Source of the DNA: Vicugna vicugna
Taxonomy: Eukaryota
Direction of reading: 5' to 3'
DNA: 20,000 bases
Assembly: GCA_013265495.1 (NCBI GenBank)
Contig: MU057576.1
Coordinates: 584,919 to 604,918 of the forward strand
Under the pieces are notes generated by a model. That model was given only the letters and a program-made list of their open reading frames with translations. It had not been told where the DNA came from and did not search any database. This document shows positions 1 to 11,839 of this stretch, piece by piece (positions within the stretch are counted from its first letter, which is position 1; the number at the start of each line of letters is the position of its first letter). Position numbers and translations under genes: made by a program.

Positions 1-835
1 AATCGGGGCTGGTTTCCTGTCTGGAAGGGAAGGGGCCCGCAGAGGGGAGAGGGGCAGCAGCAGCCAGGCACACCCCTGCCTTTCTCTCTCCCTCTCCTCC
101 CTTCTGCTGGAAAAACGAGGTAATTGTGAGCCCGGGGTGGGGGTCGGTCTGGATGGGGGACCCAAGTTGGAAGAGGTGGCCCTAGGGGTGGGGCTACTCT
201 TACCCCTCTGTCACACTCCCTGGGCTCACTCAAGTCCTCATCTCTTTCCCTCTTCTTCCTCAAACTAAGCCAGAGCCACTTTCAGAAGGCTCCAACCTCC
301 TGGCAAACCCCACGGCCCTGTAGAACCTGCATGAAGTGTCCCCTCCCTGCCCCCTTCCAGTTGTGCCTGCCCCTCACACCCTGCAGCACACAGATTCTCT
401 GTCCACTCGGCCAGGGATGTGGGCGGGGGCTGGGGAGGGGCCAGAGTCGGAATGAAAGGGCCCTTTTCTTCCACAGCTGGGGGAACAGCTGCCACCAAAG
501 CAAGACTGGACACTCTGTGCCCAGAACCCCCTCTGCAGCTGGCCTGCCCTCTCGGGACCCTGCTCATCCTCACCCCATTTTCCTCTCCTCCCATGCCTGG
601 CTCCCACCAGGGCCCTGGAACAGCGGGTAGGCAAGGGAAGTTTGTCACAGCAGCCAGAAGGGTCTAACAGGAGTGCACGGAGGACAGGGGCTGCCTCTGC
701 CCTCTGCCCAAGAACTACCCACCTCTTTCAAGACAAGGGGAGCAGCAAGAGAAGGAATTGTGGGGCAGCGTGGAGCTTGCTCGCTTCACTCCTCTGGAGG
801 GGTCAACAAGGGAAGGGGCACCAGGGGGCAGAGAG

Positions 836-907
836 ATGCAGGACAGATTGCACATCCTGGAGGACCTGAATATGCTCTACATCCGGCAGATGGCGCTCAG
901 CCTGGAG
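836..907 (+). CDS. RTKN: RTKN alternative first coding exon (MQDRLHILEDLNMLYIRQMALSLE)
   Basis: ATG at 836, donor GAG|GTAACG, phase 0; matches recalled short-isoform N-terminus of rhotekin. Confidence 0.93.
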
Positions 908-1312
908 GTAACGCCCCCACCCCTGGAGTGCACCTCCTTCACAGCGCCCAGCCCCAGTCTCTGCTCTGCCCATTCCTGCTGGGCTAATCCGGGAGAGTGG
1001 GGTCTGCTGAAAGTGGGAAGATGGGCAGGTGGTTCTGTATACCGTTCGTTGGGTGCTATGTGTAGACCCAGGCTCAGTTCTGCCAATTAGAGTATCACGT
1101 TGGCAACAGGGTCTTCACACCAATTTCTGGAAGCCTTGTGGGTGGGTGTGGACGTGTGTTCTGGGGCTAAGGGCTCCTTTTAGGTATGGGAAGAACAGAG
1201 GTGTTCAATATGAGAGAGGCTGGCAGGAAGGTGATGGCCTTACCAGAAAAGGGGAAGAGGACTCTGGGGCAGGATATAAGGATTCTGTGGCCCTGAAGAT
1301 GGCAGGGCACTG

Positions 1313-2180
1313 TTTATCCATTTATTTATTCATTATCACATTTACTGAACACCTACTATATGCCAGGCTCCTTTCTAGATCTTGGGATACCTCAGTGACC
1401 AAAACAGGAAAGGTCCATTCTACTGACGGAACAGATAATAAACATGCAAACACACAAATTATCCCACACAGTGACATGATGATGAAAACCGGGTGGGGGT
1501 GTACTAAACATCAGGTAGGGGAGGCAGCATTAGATGCAGGGGTCAGGGAAGGCCTCTGCGAGATCTTTGAGCTGTGACCAGAAACATACAAAGATGTGTG
1601 AAGGTCGGAGGAAGGGCTTTCCAGCAGAGGGCATAGCAAGGGTAAAGGCCCTTATGTAAGAATGACGGTGATACGTTTGGGGAAGAAAGAGAGCCAGTGT
1701 GGCTGGAACATAATAGTTGGGATTGAGCTGATGGGCAGGGGCCAGATTATACAGGGCTTTGAAGGCCAATGCAAGGCACTTAGATTTTACTCTAAATGGG
1801 ATGTTGGCCCATGGAAGGGTTTTAAGCAGGGAGACGACTCATCTAATGTTTTTAAATGATGGCTGCTGTGTTTTAAATGAATAGGCTAGGCAGGGGTGGG
1901 GCGTGGAAGAAGGAAGGGTTGGCAAGGGGGGTAGCAGAAGACCTCCAGCTGGGAGGTTGTTACAGCCTTGGGGGAGTGAACCTGGTGGTGTGAATTAAAT
2001 GCTGATGGTGGAGGGAGGGAGAAGGGGGTGGGTTTCAGAAGATGGCGGTAGATCTGATAGGGCTTGCTGATGGACTGGATGTGCGGAGTACAGCAGAGAG
2101 AGGACTCCAGGATGTTTTCCCCCGACTTGTGACTATGCAACTGGGCAGTGTGGTCATTTACTGAGATGGGGAAAATAGAA
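1313..2180 (-). mobile_element. L2 LINE 3' fragment
   Basis: Typical antisense L2 signature: ttattcatt..tttactgaacacctactatatgccagg, ggaaggcctctgcgag, ttccagcagagggcatagcaag, ttttactctaaatgggat..aagggttttaagcagg, gtcatttactgagatgggga. Confidence 0.8.
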
Positions 2181-2634
2181 GGAGCTGTGGAAGTGACCGC
2201 CTGGACCAGGCAGGGACTTGCTGCTGAGGGAGGTCAGAGGCAGGACAATAGAGTCTAGCTCAAAAAGGCAATTTATTGCTTGTGTTGCTCCCCCAACCCC
2301 ATCCCTACTTCTTAGATCATGGCAGACATTACTAGTCAATCATGGCACTCTTCACCAACAAACCCACACATGGCCTCAGAATCTTTCTTCACACAACTTT
2401 GGCATACATTATGCAGGTTGTGTCCTTCACAAGGGCACTGGGCAGTGGCATTAGTCCTGGCCTGGTTTTGGGCTGTGTGATGGGGGGGGGCCTTTATCTA
2501 ATTTGTTTGCCTGGAGAAGATCATCTTTTTCTAAAATTTAGAAAGGTGCCCAACAAGCACCCTGGAACTCTGACACTACCTGTTTTCCTGGGCTGGTACA
2601 TGGGATCAAACCTATTTGCCAGCCCTAGTCCTCC

Positions 2635-2790
2635 GTACCGCCCATGTTACTAGTTACATGAGGCTATTTAAATTCAAAATGAAGTTAATTGAAATAAAAT
2701 AAAAAATTTAGTTCTTTCATTACTCTAGCCACATTTCAAGTGCTAGATGGCTACTGAACATTTTCATCATCGCAGACCTTACCGGACATG
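2635..2790. mobile_element. hAT-Charlie DNA transposon remnant (MER3/MER33-like)
   Basis: ctagttacatgaggctatttaaatt..tagccacatttcaagtgct..gaacattttcatcatcgcaga signature. Confidence 0.7.
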
Positions 2791-3124
2791 GATGGTCTAG
2801 GTATTTAAATGTTTAATTTGGCATCCCTTCCCCTCCATGTAAGTTTTCTTCATAGGAGCTCTGCCCAAGTTCTGGGACAGAAGAGGGAGCTTAGATTTTA
2901 CTTTGGTCATCTCTTGTTCAGCCATGGGTTGGCTAAGGGCGCTTCGTTCCTTCTCCATGAAGCTGAGCAGTTCCCCAACTCCCATCCTCCTGGTGTTTCT
3001 GGGATTAGCAAGAGAGGTAGTCATGGAAGTGTAAACACAAGACTTTCTGGAGGAGAACACTTAAGCTCTCCCTAAGTAAAGGGGAGGTGGGAGTGCTGGG
3101 CCCAGGTAGAGGTCAGACTTTCCC

Positions 3125-3245
3125 ATTTTAATCCTCAAACAGTGATATGAAGGACATGGAATACCCCGAAATTTACCAACTGAGATCTCCAGAGGTTAAG
3201 TTCTCACAGCTAGTCAAGTTCATAAGCCAGGATTTGAAATTAGCC
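3125..3245 (-). mobile_element. Degenerate MIR SINE fragment
   Basis: tttaatcctcaaaca..actgagat..agaggttaagt..cacagctagt..gccaggatttgaa. Confidence 0.55.
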
Positions 3246-3779
3246 CTGGGGGAGATTCTAAAGGGAACAGGAGGTGGTGGGAAGCAGAGCAGGAAGTCAG
3301 AGATAGAAGCGAGTGGGAGGGACTGGAAAGGATGTGCACGAGGGCCTAATGTGCACTGGGCCTTCTGCCATGACTCATCCTCCTTCAGCCCCTTGGGCCC
3401 TGACCCAGGTCCCACTGACATCCAGCTGAGGGCTCTTTCCCAGGAGAGTGTGGTGGCAGCACTGTCTGCCGGGGCGGGGGAGGAGCTATCCCTGAGGGAG
3501 GGAGATGGGGCGAAGCTCAGGCATACGGAGCCCGCTTCAGTATTTCAGAGATGATCAGCCCGAAGGGTGAGATTTCCTGATGCTCTCACCATCAGGCCCT
3601 GGGAGAGTGGATTCGAATGGAAGGGCAGTGGTGGGGGTATGGTAGCCGGGGTAGTGTCTGGGCCCCCAGTCCGGCTCTTCCTGGCTGGTCACAGCGACTT
3701 CTCTGCAGCTCCAGTTAATTCCAGATTAGACAGCGTCCCCCTCCCGCATGCTCCCAGGCAAGGAGTCACCTGGGAGGGC

Positions 3780-4140
3780 AACTGCAGCGTGGTCGGGCCT
3801 CCTGGCCTCCGGCACCTCCGCGGCCTGCAGCCCTTTCCTGGGCGAGGCCGGTGCTCCTGGAGGTACCTTCCCATCTCGACTGGGTCCCTGTGGTAGCGCC
3901 ACCCGGAGCCTAGCCCAGCCGGGACCGCAGGAGCGCCGGCGCCCCGGGGCCCCCGGGCCGCTCTCGCGGCAGTTGGGAGCTGACGTCACCGCCGCCGCGG
4001 GCGGGGGCGGGGCGGCTCCTCTGGCCGGTGCACAGCCCGCACTGGCGCCGCACTGGCGCCGCACAGGCAATGGCCAGGGCTAGGGAAGAATCCGTGAGTG
4101 CTGGGGCCGGGACCAAGAGGCTAGTCAGGAGGGGGCCTCG
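3780..4140 (+). promoter_or_regulatory. Intronic CpG island, probable alternative RTKN promoter
   Basis: CpG-rich; perfect CRE TGACGTCA at 3981-3988; tandem GGGCGG boxes near 3999-4015; downstream donor GTGAGT at 4094. Confidence 0.7.
4070..4093 (+). CDS. RTKN: Candidate alternative RTKN first coding exon (MARAREES)
   Basis: GCA-ATG-G strong Kozak, 24 nt, phase-0 donor TCC|GTGAGT compatible with exon 2. Confidence 0.45.
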
Positions 4141-5189
4141 GGGTGCTGCTCTGCTGCAACCCCCTCAGCTGTTTGGGGTGTTTGTGTAGAAGCTGGATGC
4201 AGAATGGGATGAGGGGTGGCAAGCAGCAAAGCGCAGCAGAAGTGGGACGCTGCTGCAGGCGGACTTAGTGGGGGTGGGGGCATTTGCGTAGTCTGAGGGC
4301 TTCCTGGGGGAGGGGGCATTGGGACCGGGTTGGTCTATTTCTAAAGGGTGAGGAAGGGAAAGGTAGATGGTGAGGGTGATGAGAGTCTGGCTTAGCCCAA
4401 GTAGGGAAGGGAGAATCTGCAGGGATGCTGGAAAAGGCAATTCCTGGAAGCAGGAACTTAGGGTGCTCAAGGCTTGGAGATTTGAAGGCTGGGGCCACCA
4501 GGGGCAGAAGCAAGGGCACAGAATGTGGGAGAGCTGGTGTGAGGGGGAAGATGGATTTTGGTTTGGGGCAGTCACATTCGCCCTCCTCTTTCAACCCGGT
4601 GGCTCCACTTGGCTTGTCTGATTTGTACACTGTAAGGGGGTTAGTCTTTCACCTCCTTTCTGAAGCCTTCCCGTTCACCTCAGCTAGAAGCAAATAGGGT
4701 CTGTTTCCTGTGAGCGTGTTTGTGCCATGACATGGCACTTATGGAGCAGCCATTAATGTCTGCACCTCTCACCTCCCAGCCGATTTCGAACGTGGAGCTT
4801 TGCACAGCAGAGAGATGCTCCAGTGTTTGTTGGGTGAATGCTACTGGAGCCAAAGTAGCGTCATTGAAATAAGCACCCCTACCATTCATGTAGATCATAT
4901 GCTGGGCATTGTGCTCAAAGCCTGCTCAGCCCCTCACTGCTGACCTCCTGCTTCACCTGCCTTCCCATCCCGACTCCTGGCCTCTGTCCTCACCTCCCAA
5001 ACTCAGAGGGCCAGCAGGTGGCAGATTCCCAAATCTGGGGTGTGTAGAGTGCGTCCTTGTGCAGCATGGGTGAGCACTGCAGGCGGTTGCGCCTTCTCCG
5101 CTGACCCCTTGCCAACTAGATGTCCTCTCTCATCACTTGAGCCTTTGGGGTGGCCCAGCATGGCCTTTACTATCTGTGGCCATTCCCTT

Positions 5190-5310
5190 TAGGTGGTGGT
5201 TCCAGCCCGGGCTGTACCTCAGAGTCACGTGGGAAATTTTCCCAAAAATGCACTTAGAGATTCTCATTTTGCTGATCTGAGGTGGGGCCTGGTGATTTTT
5301 TTTAACTCAG
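5190..5310. mobile_element. MER5-like hAT-Charlie fragment
   Basis: gtggttccagcccgggctg..agagtcacgtgggaa..agagattctc..ctgaggtggggcctgg. Confidence 0.6.
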
Positions 5311-5319
5311 ATTTAAGTT

Positions 5320-5830
5320 TTTAAAAGGTAACAATTTCTAATAGTACAATAATAAAGAAGGGTATTTATAAAGTATCATAAATCAGTTTATCATTTCTGG
5401 CTCCCGGCCCCACAACCACTATTTTATGCATATCTACTGATATGGATATGCATGTATAGATATCCTGCACAAATGGCAGCATGCTATATTGTTCTACTTT
5501 TTTTTACTCATTTCATATATTTTGAAGATGATTTAAGTTTTGCACACATGTCTACCTTAGTTTTTAATGTCCGGAATATTCCACATATCATGGTTTAGAT
5601 GTGCTGAGACTTATTGAACCAATGCCTTGTTGAAGGACTTATAATCTTGGTGTTTTGAAATGATGCAATGAACATGGCTCTGCCCACATGTGTGATGATA
5701 ACCTGTGGGATAAACTCCTGGATATTGGATAGCTGGATCAGAGGATATGTGAATTTGGAGTTTTTACAGATTTTTTCAAATTACGCTCAAATGAGGCTGT
5801 TGAAATGTTTACTCCCAGAGGGCACCTGTG
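5320..5830 (-). mobile_element. Old L1 (L1M/L1ME-type) 3' fragment
   Basis: AT-rich stretch with aaatggcagcatgctata, aatattccac, gcaatgaacat, tgggataaactcctgg..atagctggatcagagg, typical of antisense L1M. Confidence 0.6.
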
Positions 5831-6010
5831 GTTTTACAAAGCTTCTCTGGTAATTGTTGGGCAGCTGAGATCGAGACGCAACCCTTGTCCCTTAGTCGCC
5901 TGGGACGTAAGTTTTTTCTTGTCAGTTTCTCAGGGCCTACAGTCCACGTGGAGATGGGAGGGTGCTTTGGCCTGTCTGTCCTCTGACTGCCATTTCCTCT
6001 GACTGGCCAG

Positions 6011-6210
6011 GACACAGAGTTGCAGAGGAAGCTAGACCATGAGATCCGGATGAGGGAAGGGGCCTGTAAGCTGCTGGCGGCCTGCTCCCAGCGAGAGCAG
6101 GCTCTGGAGGCCACCAAGAGCCTGCTGGTGTGCAACAGCCGCGTCCTGAGCTACATGGGCGAGCTGCAGCGGCGCAAGGAGGCGCAGGTGCTGGGAAAGA
6201 CAGGCCGGCG
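6011..6210 (+). CDS. RTKN: RTKN exon 2, HR1 Rho-binding domain (DTELQRKLDHEIRMREGACKLL...KTGR)
   Basis: CCAG|GAC acceptor, CG|GTGAGC donor, 200 nt. Confidence 0.97.
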
Positions 6211-7927
6211 GTGAGCACGGGGCGGGGGCAAGACTTTGTGGGGGACAGCGGGGCGGCGTGTGTGCACATGGAGTATGGCCCACCCTGAGGCCGATGTCCT
6301 CGTGAAGACTTTTCAGAAGTCACCTTGGTGTTTTACCACCACAGTGTGCTGCCCAGAGGGCCACCAGTGAATTTCTGGGGCTGGGCTCAGGGGAGCCAGT
6401 GTATCTGGTAAAAGGCTGGTGGTATTTCTGAGGGGCAGTAATGCAAACGCCCTCATTTGCTAAGCCCTGCCTGTGATCTGAGGACGCCGGCTGGCTGGCT
6501 TCTGGAAAGCTGATTTCCTCAAAGCCAGTTCACCAAGTGGCCAATTTACCTAACTGACAATAAATAGTTCATTGTAGCTGGGATTCACCTCATCACAGAG
6601 ATGAGGCAGGGACTGGGAAGGGAAATAATGGGGGAAAAATTAAGGGAATGCCTACCTATTCACATAAACTAAATTGTATATTCGAAAGGACTCAACTCGC
6701 AGCCTACACTGACATTAGATGCTGCTGATCTAACAAATCTGCAGTGAAATCTGCTCTCGTAAATCTAAAACATAGGAGAAAATATTTGGCAAATTGATCA
6801 CTCTGAGAGCTGGCCATTTTTGGTAAATTGCTCTTTCGGAAAACTGGCTTCTGGCAAAGTAGCCTGCTTGACCCCACAAAGCTGAGTGGGAGAAAGTCCT
6901 GGCCCCGCAATGACATGGTGTCCATCCCAGCTCAGCACACAGGGGAGGCTGCCAGGAGCCCTCCAGAGCTCACCCATGAAGACACCAGGGGAAGGCAGAA
7001 AACCTCCTGTGGCTGCTCTGTCACATTAGAGAAAGGGCAGGCAGGCACGGGGACAGTTTGAACCGAAAGTTTGCTGTTTCCTGAGAGGCAGCCATTGACA
7101 GGCTCTGCCCTGCCCAAGTCCCCACACGGCCCATACAGCGTGACCTGAGCTATACCTCGAGTCCCTGGCAGCTAAACACATTGCCATCAGTGCCAAATCG
7201 TTTAGCTTAAGGCTGTACTAAGTCACTTATTTCATATAATGAAGTACGAATTAATACAGTTCCTTAGGAGAGGAACACGTGCCTGGTGAGTCTGATGGGC
7301 GGTGGGAGGAAGGTTGGGTGCCCCCCTGCAGTGGGGGGGGTGTCTAGGGAACTTGGGACACTGGGAAGGCTCAGCCCACCCAGCCAGGAGGGTAAAGGAG
7401 GAGGCAAGACTGAGAGGGGGGATGGAGAGAGGTTTGTGGCAAATGGAACACAAATGCACCCTCCTTGGGATCTTGGTTTTCAGACTGACCCAGTACCTTT
7501 CTTTGTCAAAGTGATGAGATGGTGAAGACAGGCAGCCTCCTTTGTTGCTAAAAGGAAAGCCTGCAAACTCCAAGCCTGGGGGTTAATGGAGAAGAGTCCT
7601 TGAAAGGGAGTCTCTCTGTGGGCACCGTCCCCTCCAGCCCCACCTGCCCCTGGCAGAGGTCTGGGGAGGTGGTCAGGGAGGGAGCCTGGGGGCGGCTGCC
7701 TGAGTGTGTGGGGTGTGTGTGTGCTGAGTCCCTCTTGCATTCCCCAGCCCAGCAACCTCCGGGCTGCTGACAGCTCTCCCTGACAGTCCCTCAGCCCTTG
7801 CCATGTCAGCCTGGCTGGGACCTGGTGGCTGGGTCCTGGACCTGGGAGGGTTCCCAGAGCCCTTGGGGACCAGAGCCAGGAGGAATAATGTCTAGAGGCC
7901 AGGGTAGGATTTGTGATTTGCCCACAG

Positions 7928-7989
7928 GCCTTCTGACAGTGGGCCACCCGCTGAGCGCTCCCCCTGCCGTGGCCGGGTCTGCATCTCTG
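7928..7989 (+). CDS. RTKN: RTKN exon 3 (PSDSGPPAERSPCRGRVCIS)
   Basis: CACAG|G acceptor, G|GTAAGC donor, 62 nt, phases fit both neighbours. Confidence 0.95.
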
Positions 7990-8081
7990 GTAAGCAGCAC
8001 AGCCACCCCAGCTGTTGGCGCTCCTTGCCCGACAAGATGTCCTGCCCCATCACAACATCTATCCCTGCCTCTGCCCCTTAG

Positions 8082-8135
8082 ACCTCCGGATTCCACTCAT
8101 GTGGAAGGACACAGAGTATTTCAAGAACAAAGGCG
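8082..8135 (+). CDS. RTKN: RTKN exon 4 (DLRIPLMWKDTEYFKNKG)
   Basis: TTAG|AC acceptor, G|GTGAGT donor, 54 nt. Confidence 0.96.
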
Positions 8136-8232
8136 GTGAGTCCCACACATGCTAGGACAAATTTAAGGGAGTACCCTGAGATTGAAGGCCCCTGTGGGGC
8201 ACACCTTTACCAGTTTTGCCCTCTGTCCCCAG

Positions 8233-8350
8233 ACCTGCACCGCTGGGCTGTGTTCCTGCTGCTGCAGCTGGGGGAGGACATTCAGGACACAGAGATGGTC
8301 CTGGTGGACAGGACCCTCGCAGACATCTCCTTTCAGAACAACGTGCTTTT
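8233..8350 (+). CDS. RTKN: RTKN exon 5 (DLHRWAVFLLLQLGE...FQNNVL)
   Basis: CCCAG|AC acceptor, TT|GTGAGT donor, 118 nt. Confidence 0.96.
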
Positions 8351-8558
8351 GTGAGTTCCTCATCCCTTGTGGCTCCCTCCTTTCTCCACTCAGGAGACCA
8401 GGTAGCTACGGGGGAAGGGAGGGAGAGGAGAGGGAGGCGGGGAGATGGGCCGTCCCAGAGGAGCTGTCCTGTGCTTGCACCACAGCCATCCTCCAGCCCC
8501 AGTGCTCCTCACCCAGACATCCCCAGGACCATTCTTTCTTCCTCCCACACTCCTATAG

Positions 8559-8768
8559 TGCCGAGGCAGGGCCAGACTTTGAACTGCGGCTGGAGCTGTA
8601 TGGGGCCTGCGTGGAAGAGGAGGGGGCCCTGGCTGGAGCCCCCAAGAGGCTTGCCACCAAACTCAGCAGCTCCCTGGGCCGTTCCTCGGGGAGGCGTGTT
8701 CGGGCATCGCTGGAGAGTGCTGGGGGCTCAGGGAGCAGTCCCATCCTGCTCCCCACACCGACTGCGCG
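8559..8768 (+). CDS. RTKN: RTKN exon 6 (AEAGPDFELRLELYG...LLPTPTA)
   Basis: TATAG|T acceptor, CG|GTACGG donor, 210 nt. Confidence 0.95.
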
Positions 8769-9164
8769 GTACGGCCCGACAATCCCCCACTGCTCTCAGC
8801 TGGCCACAGGTGGCCTCTGAGCTACGCTGAGCACGCAGAGCCTGTTTTGCACTGCTGCCAGGACATGCAGACAGATGTGAATGAATGAGCAGTGGCCACA
8901 TAGCTGGGAAGTACTCTGGCCTGGGCTCAGTCCTGCAGGGCTGGGCCCAAGCTAACTGAGAATGCAGGGGGAGTGAGGCCCTGGGCTGCTCACTATTTTG
9001 AAGCAGCAGATACATTTGTGTCGATAGGACAGGGCTCCCCTGGTTGAAGCAGGGTAGCCTGGGTCCTGTGGTGTTGCCTGCAGGCACCTGCAGGCACCGA
9101 GTAGAATCACTGGGCCTTGGAGGAGCAGTTTGAGAACCTTCGGGGTAACGAACAGAAGGCTGGT

Positions 9165-9370
9165 TTGGGATATAGACATACAATCAAATTCCAATCCCAT
9201 CACCTAAGCTCTATTTAAGGGCAGATTTCTTAACTTTATTAAGCCTCAAGCGGCCTCATCTATTCATTAAAGAATGCTACCTCACAGGGCTGTCGTGGGA
9301 ATACAGTGGGATAACATACTTAAAGCACAGGGTCCGGCACTTAGCAGGGGTGCAGTAAATGTTTGTTCCA
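9165..9370 (+). mobile_element. MIR SINE
   Basis: gggcagatttcttaact..aagcctc..ctcatct..tacctcacagggctgtcgtgggaat..aaagcac..ggcacttag..agtaaatgtt. Confidence 0.75.
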
Positions 9371-9486
9371 ACCCCTGTGGGGGAAGCAATCTGGTTTTCT
9401 GTAGGGCAGCCTGAACCATGGAGGCCCTTAAAGCTCCTGCCGTCCACGCCCTTCACTTGACTGCTGCCCACTTCTCTGTCCGGCAG

Positions 9487-9581
9487 AGGTCCTCGTTACC
9501 ACCTCTTGGCTCATACCACCCTCACCCTGGCAGCGGTGCAAGATGGGTTCCGCACCCATGACCTCACCCTCGCCAGCCATG
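9487..9581 (+). CDS. RTKN: RTKN exon 7 (GPRYHLLAHTTLTLAAVQDGFRTHDLTLASH)
   Basis: GCAG|A acceptor, G|GTGAGT donor, 95 nt. Confidence 0.96.
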
Positions 9582-9685
9582 GTGAGTACGTGTGTACGTG
9601 GGGGATGCCGGATGGTGAGAAGAGGGGCTGTTGGATGGTCTCCTTCACCCTCCCCACCCTCATCCTGCACTTCCTCCTCCCCTAG

Positions 9686-9792
9686 AGGAGAACCCCGCCT
9701 GGCTGCCCCTTTATGGTAGCGTGTGTTGCCGCCTGGTGGCTCAGCCTCTCTGCATGATTCAGCCTACTGCAAGTGGTCCCCTCAGGGTGCAG
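9686..9792 (+). CDS. RTKN: RTKN exon 8 (ENPAWLPLYGSVCCRL...LRVQ)
   Basis: CCTAG|AG acceptor, CAG|GTGAGG donor, 107 nt. Confidence 0.96.
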
Positions 9793-10032
9793 GTGAGGGA
9801 CCCTGAGGAGTGGAAGGGAACAGGGAGAAGGCAGAGCAGCCTTGAATCACCTAGGGATCCAAGGACTATTGAAAAAGCAAGATCTGGGTGGAGGGGGGAG
9901 AGGCATGGCCAGAAGAGGGGAGGGTCAGGCAGGAGAGTGGGCAGAAAGGAGCCCTTTCTCTCTGAGGGGCTGGGAAGGAGGGTGATGAGGGGGGTTGTGA
10001 TTCCCCTGGGAAACCTTGAGTCATTTACGCAG

Positions 10033-10161
10033 CAAGCGGGGGAGCTGCAGGACTGGATGCGAGTACACGGAATCCTGAAAGGAACAAACCTCTTGTGTTA
10101 CCGGCAACCTGAAGACGGAGATGCTGGGGAAGAGCCGCTGTTTACTATTGTCATCAACAAG
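10033..10161 (+). CDS. RTKN: RTKN exon 9, PH domain (QAGELQDW...TIVINK)
   Basis: GCAG|CAA acceptor, AAG|GTGAGG donor, 129 nt. Confidence 0.95.
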
Positions 10162-10820
10162 GTGAGGAGTCCCTGGTGGTGAAGCCAGCAGGTGCCAGGG
10201 TTCGGGAGCCTGTCAGACCCCAGGAGGGTAGGCACAGACCTCAGAGAGATCAAAGCTAGCCTCCTGCTCCTAAATCACCACCCCCAGCTTCTGGGCCAGG
10301 GCTGCTGAGGGGACCATGTTCTCCCCAGCCAGCATCACTGGAAAAAGACTGTCCCTTCTACTCACCAGCCTCACCTCTGCCAAGTCTCAGAGAGAGTTCC
10401 ATGGCCTGCCTAGGACTTTTCATCCACCTTCCATCTTTCCCCTCAGGTTCCAATCTGCATCTCCTACACCCTTTCCTGGCTTTTTCTCCCAACCCAAGTC
10501 CAAGGACCCTCTTTGTTACCTAGCCCTTTTCCTGGTGTCCCTGCTGACTTTTATGGAAGTGTCAAAAAACCTCAGGCCTCAGCGTTCCTGCCTGCCTCCA
10601 TGCCTTCCCTGCCTTGCTCAGTCTCTTTCCCTGTCTCCATCTGCTCCCCTTTCCCTAAGGACCACCTGTCTCATCCCCATCCTTTCCTGCCATTCCTTCC
10701 CATTCTGAAAACCCCACAAGCTCCTCCTTCTAAGGCAGGGATGACCAAGCCTGCCTGATGTCACTGCTAACTTCTGTGACTGAGGTGGAGGTGGAAGCAG
10801 GCCCCATCTTTCTTCTGCAG

Positions 10821-10989
10821 GAGACTCGAGTCCGGGCAGGGGAGCTGGACGAGGCAGCAGGCCGGCCCCCGACCCTGACCATCACTAACCAGTGTGGGGA
10901 GGCCGAGGTGACACACACCCTTCAGGCAGAGAGTCGGGGAGCCCTGCAAAGCTGGATGGAGGCTCTGTGGCAGCTTTTCTTTGACATGA
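10821..10989 (+). CDS. RTKN: RTKN exon 10, PH domain (ETRVRAGEL...WQLFFDM)
   Basis: TGCAG|GAG acceptor, A|GTAAGA donor, 169 nt. Confidence 0.96.
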
Positions 10990-11155
10990 GTAAGAGAAGG
11001 GGGCTGGATTGAATCCTTTGGGAGGGATTGGAGCTTGTTCTTTTTACTGAAGGCCTCTATTTCAAGAATGTGTGGAAGGGAATGTAGCAGGGGGAGGGGA
11101 GCCTGGCCCTCTCACAGTCCTGCCCTACCCACCACAATCAGTGCTCTCCCTTCAG

Positions 11156-11260
11156 GTCAGTGGAGGCAGTGCTGTGATGAAATAATGAAAATTGAAAGCT
11201 CTGCTCCCCGGAAACCACCCCAAGTACTGGCCAAGCAGGGGTCCTTGTACCATGAGATGG
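11156..11260 (+). CDS. RTKN: RTKN exon 11 (QWRQCCDEIMKIE...SLYHEM)
   Basis: TTCAG|GT acceptor, G|GTGAGT donor, 105 nt. Confidence 0.96.
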
Positions 11261-11658
11261 GTGAGTGAAAGTGTGTCCTGGGATCTAACGGGAAGTTGAG
11301 TTGGGGGCTTCGCTTCACGGGAGCCTAGATGATGGAAACAGAGGCCGCACACTTTGGGCTAAGGCAGAACTCTGGAGACCCAAGTCCCACCAGTTCTGCT
11401 GTATTCCTTTCTTTTCTCCAACTCTTCTTAACGCCATCTCCACCAGAGTTCAAAACAAAACCCCACAGACCCAGATTCATTTCACGGATTGTTCTCCTAA
11501 TTTCTTCTTTTCTTTTTCCCTTCCTGCACACGGATTCCTGTCTCTCCCTCTGACCCGTCACTTGCCTGGCTCTGCTTTCGTTCTCCTCTTTCTTGATTTC
11601 TTCATTCACTTCTGCCCACCCCCATCTCCCTGTCCACCTTGCCCCCCATACCCCGTAG

Positions 11659-11761
11659 TCTTGTCAGAATCTGTGGCCCCAGGGGGCCCAGATGAGGGGC
11701 CACTCCTGCAGGATAACGCGATCTCGGCTGGGATCCAGGCTTTGCTTTCCTACAGTGACAG
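11659..11761 (+). CDS. RTKN: Candidate RTKN alternative cassette exon (VLSESVAPGGPDEGPLLQDNAISAGIQALLSYSD)
   Basis: Long pyrimidine tract then CCCGTAG| acceptor in the phase matching exon 11; stop-free; donor CAG|GTGATG. Confidence 0.6.
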
Positions 11762-11839
11762 GTGATGCTCAGGGCTGGGGCGGTCTGGGACCTAAGCGCT
11801 GACTAGCCCCCTCCCCTCAACCCCTTCCTGGTGCCACAG

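Noticed and set aside
75..125. Pyrimidine stretch and GAG|GTAATT donor-like site, possibly a non-coding RTKN first exon
   Set aside because: Cannot be supported from sequence alone; upstream context is outside the window.
1029..1577. 182-aa + strand ORF
   Set aside because: Intronic, overlaps L2 sequence, no recognisable protein, non-ATG start.
8182..8830. 212-aa and 204-aa ORFs
   Set aside because: Read-through of RTKN exon 6 into flanking introns and an alternative frame in GC-rich sequence.
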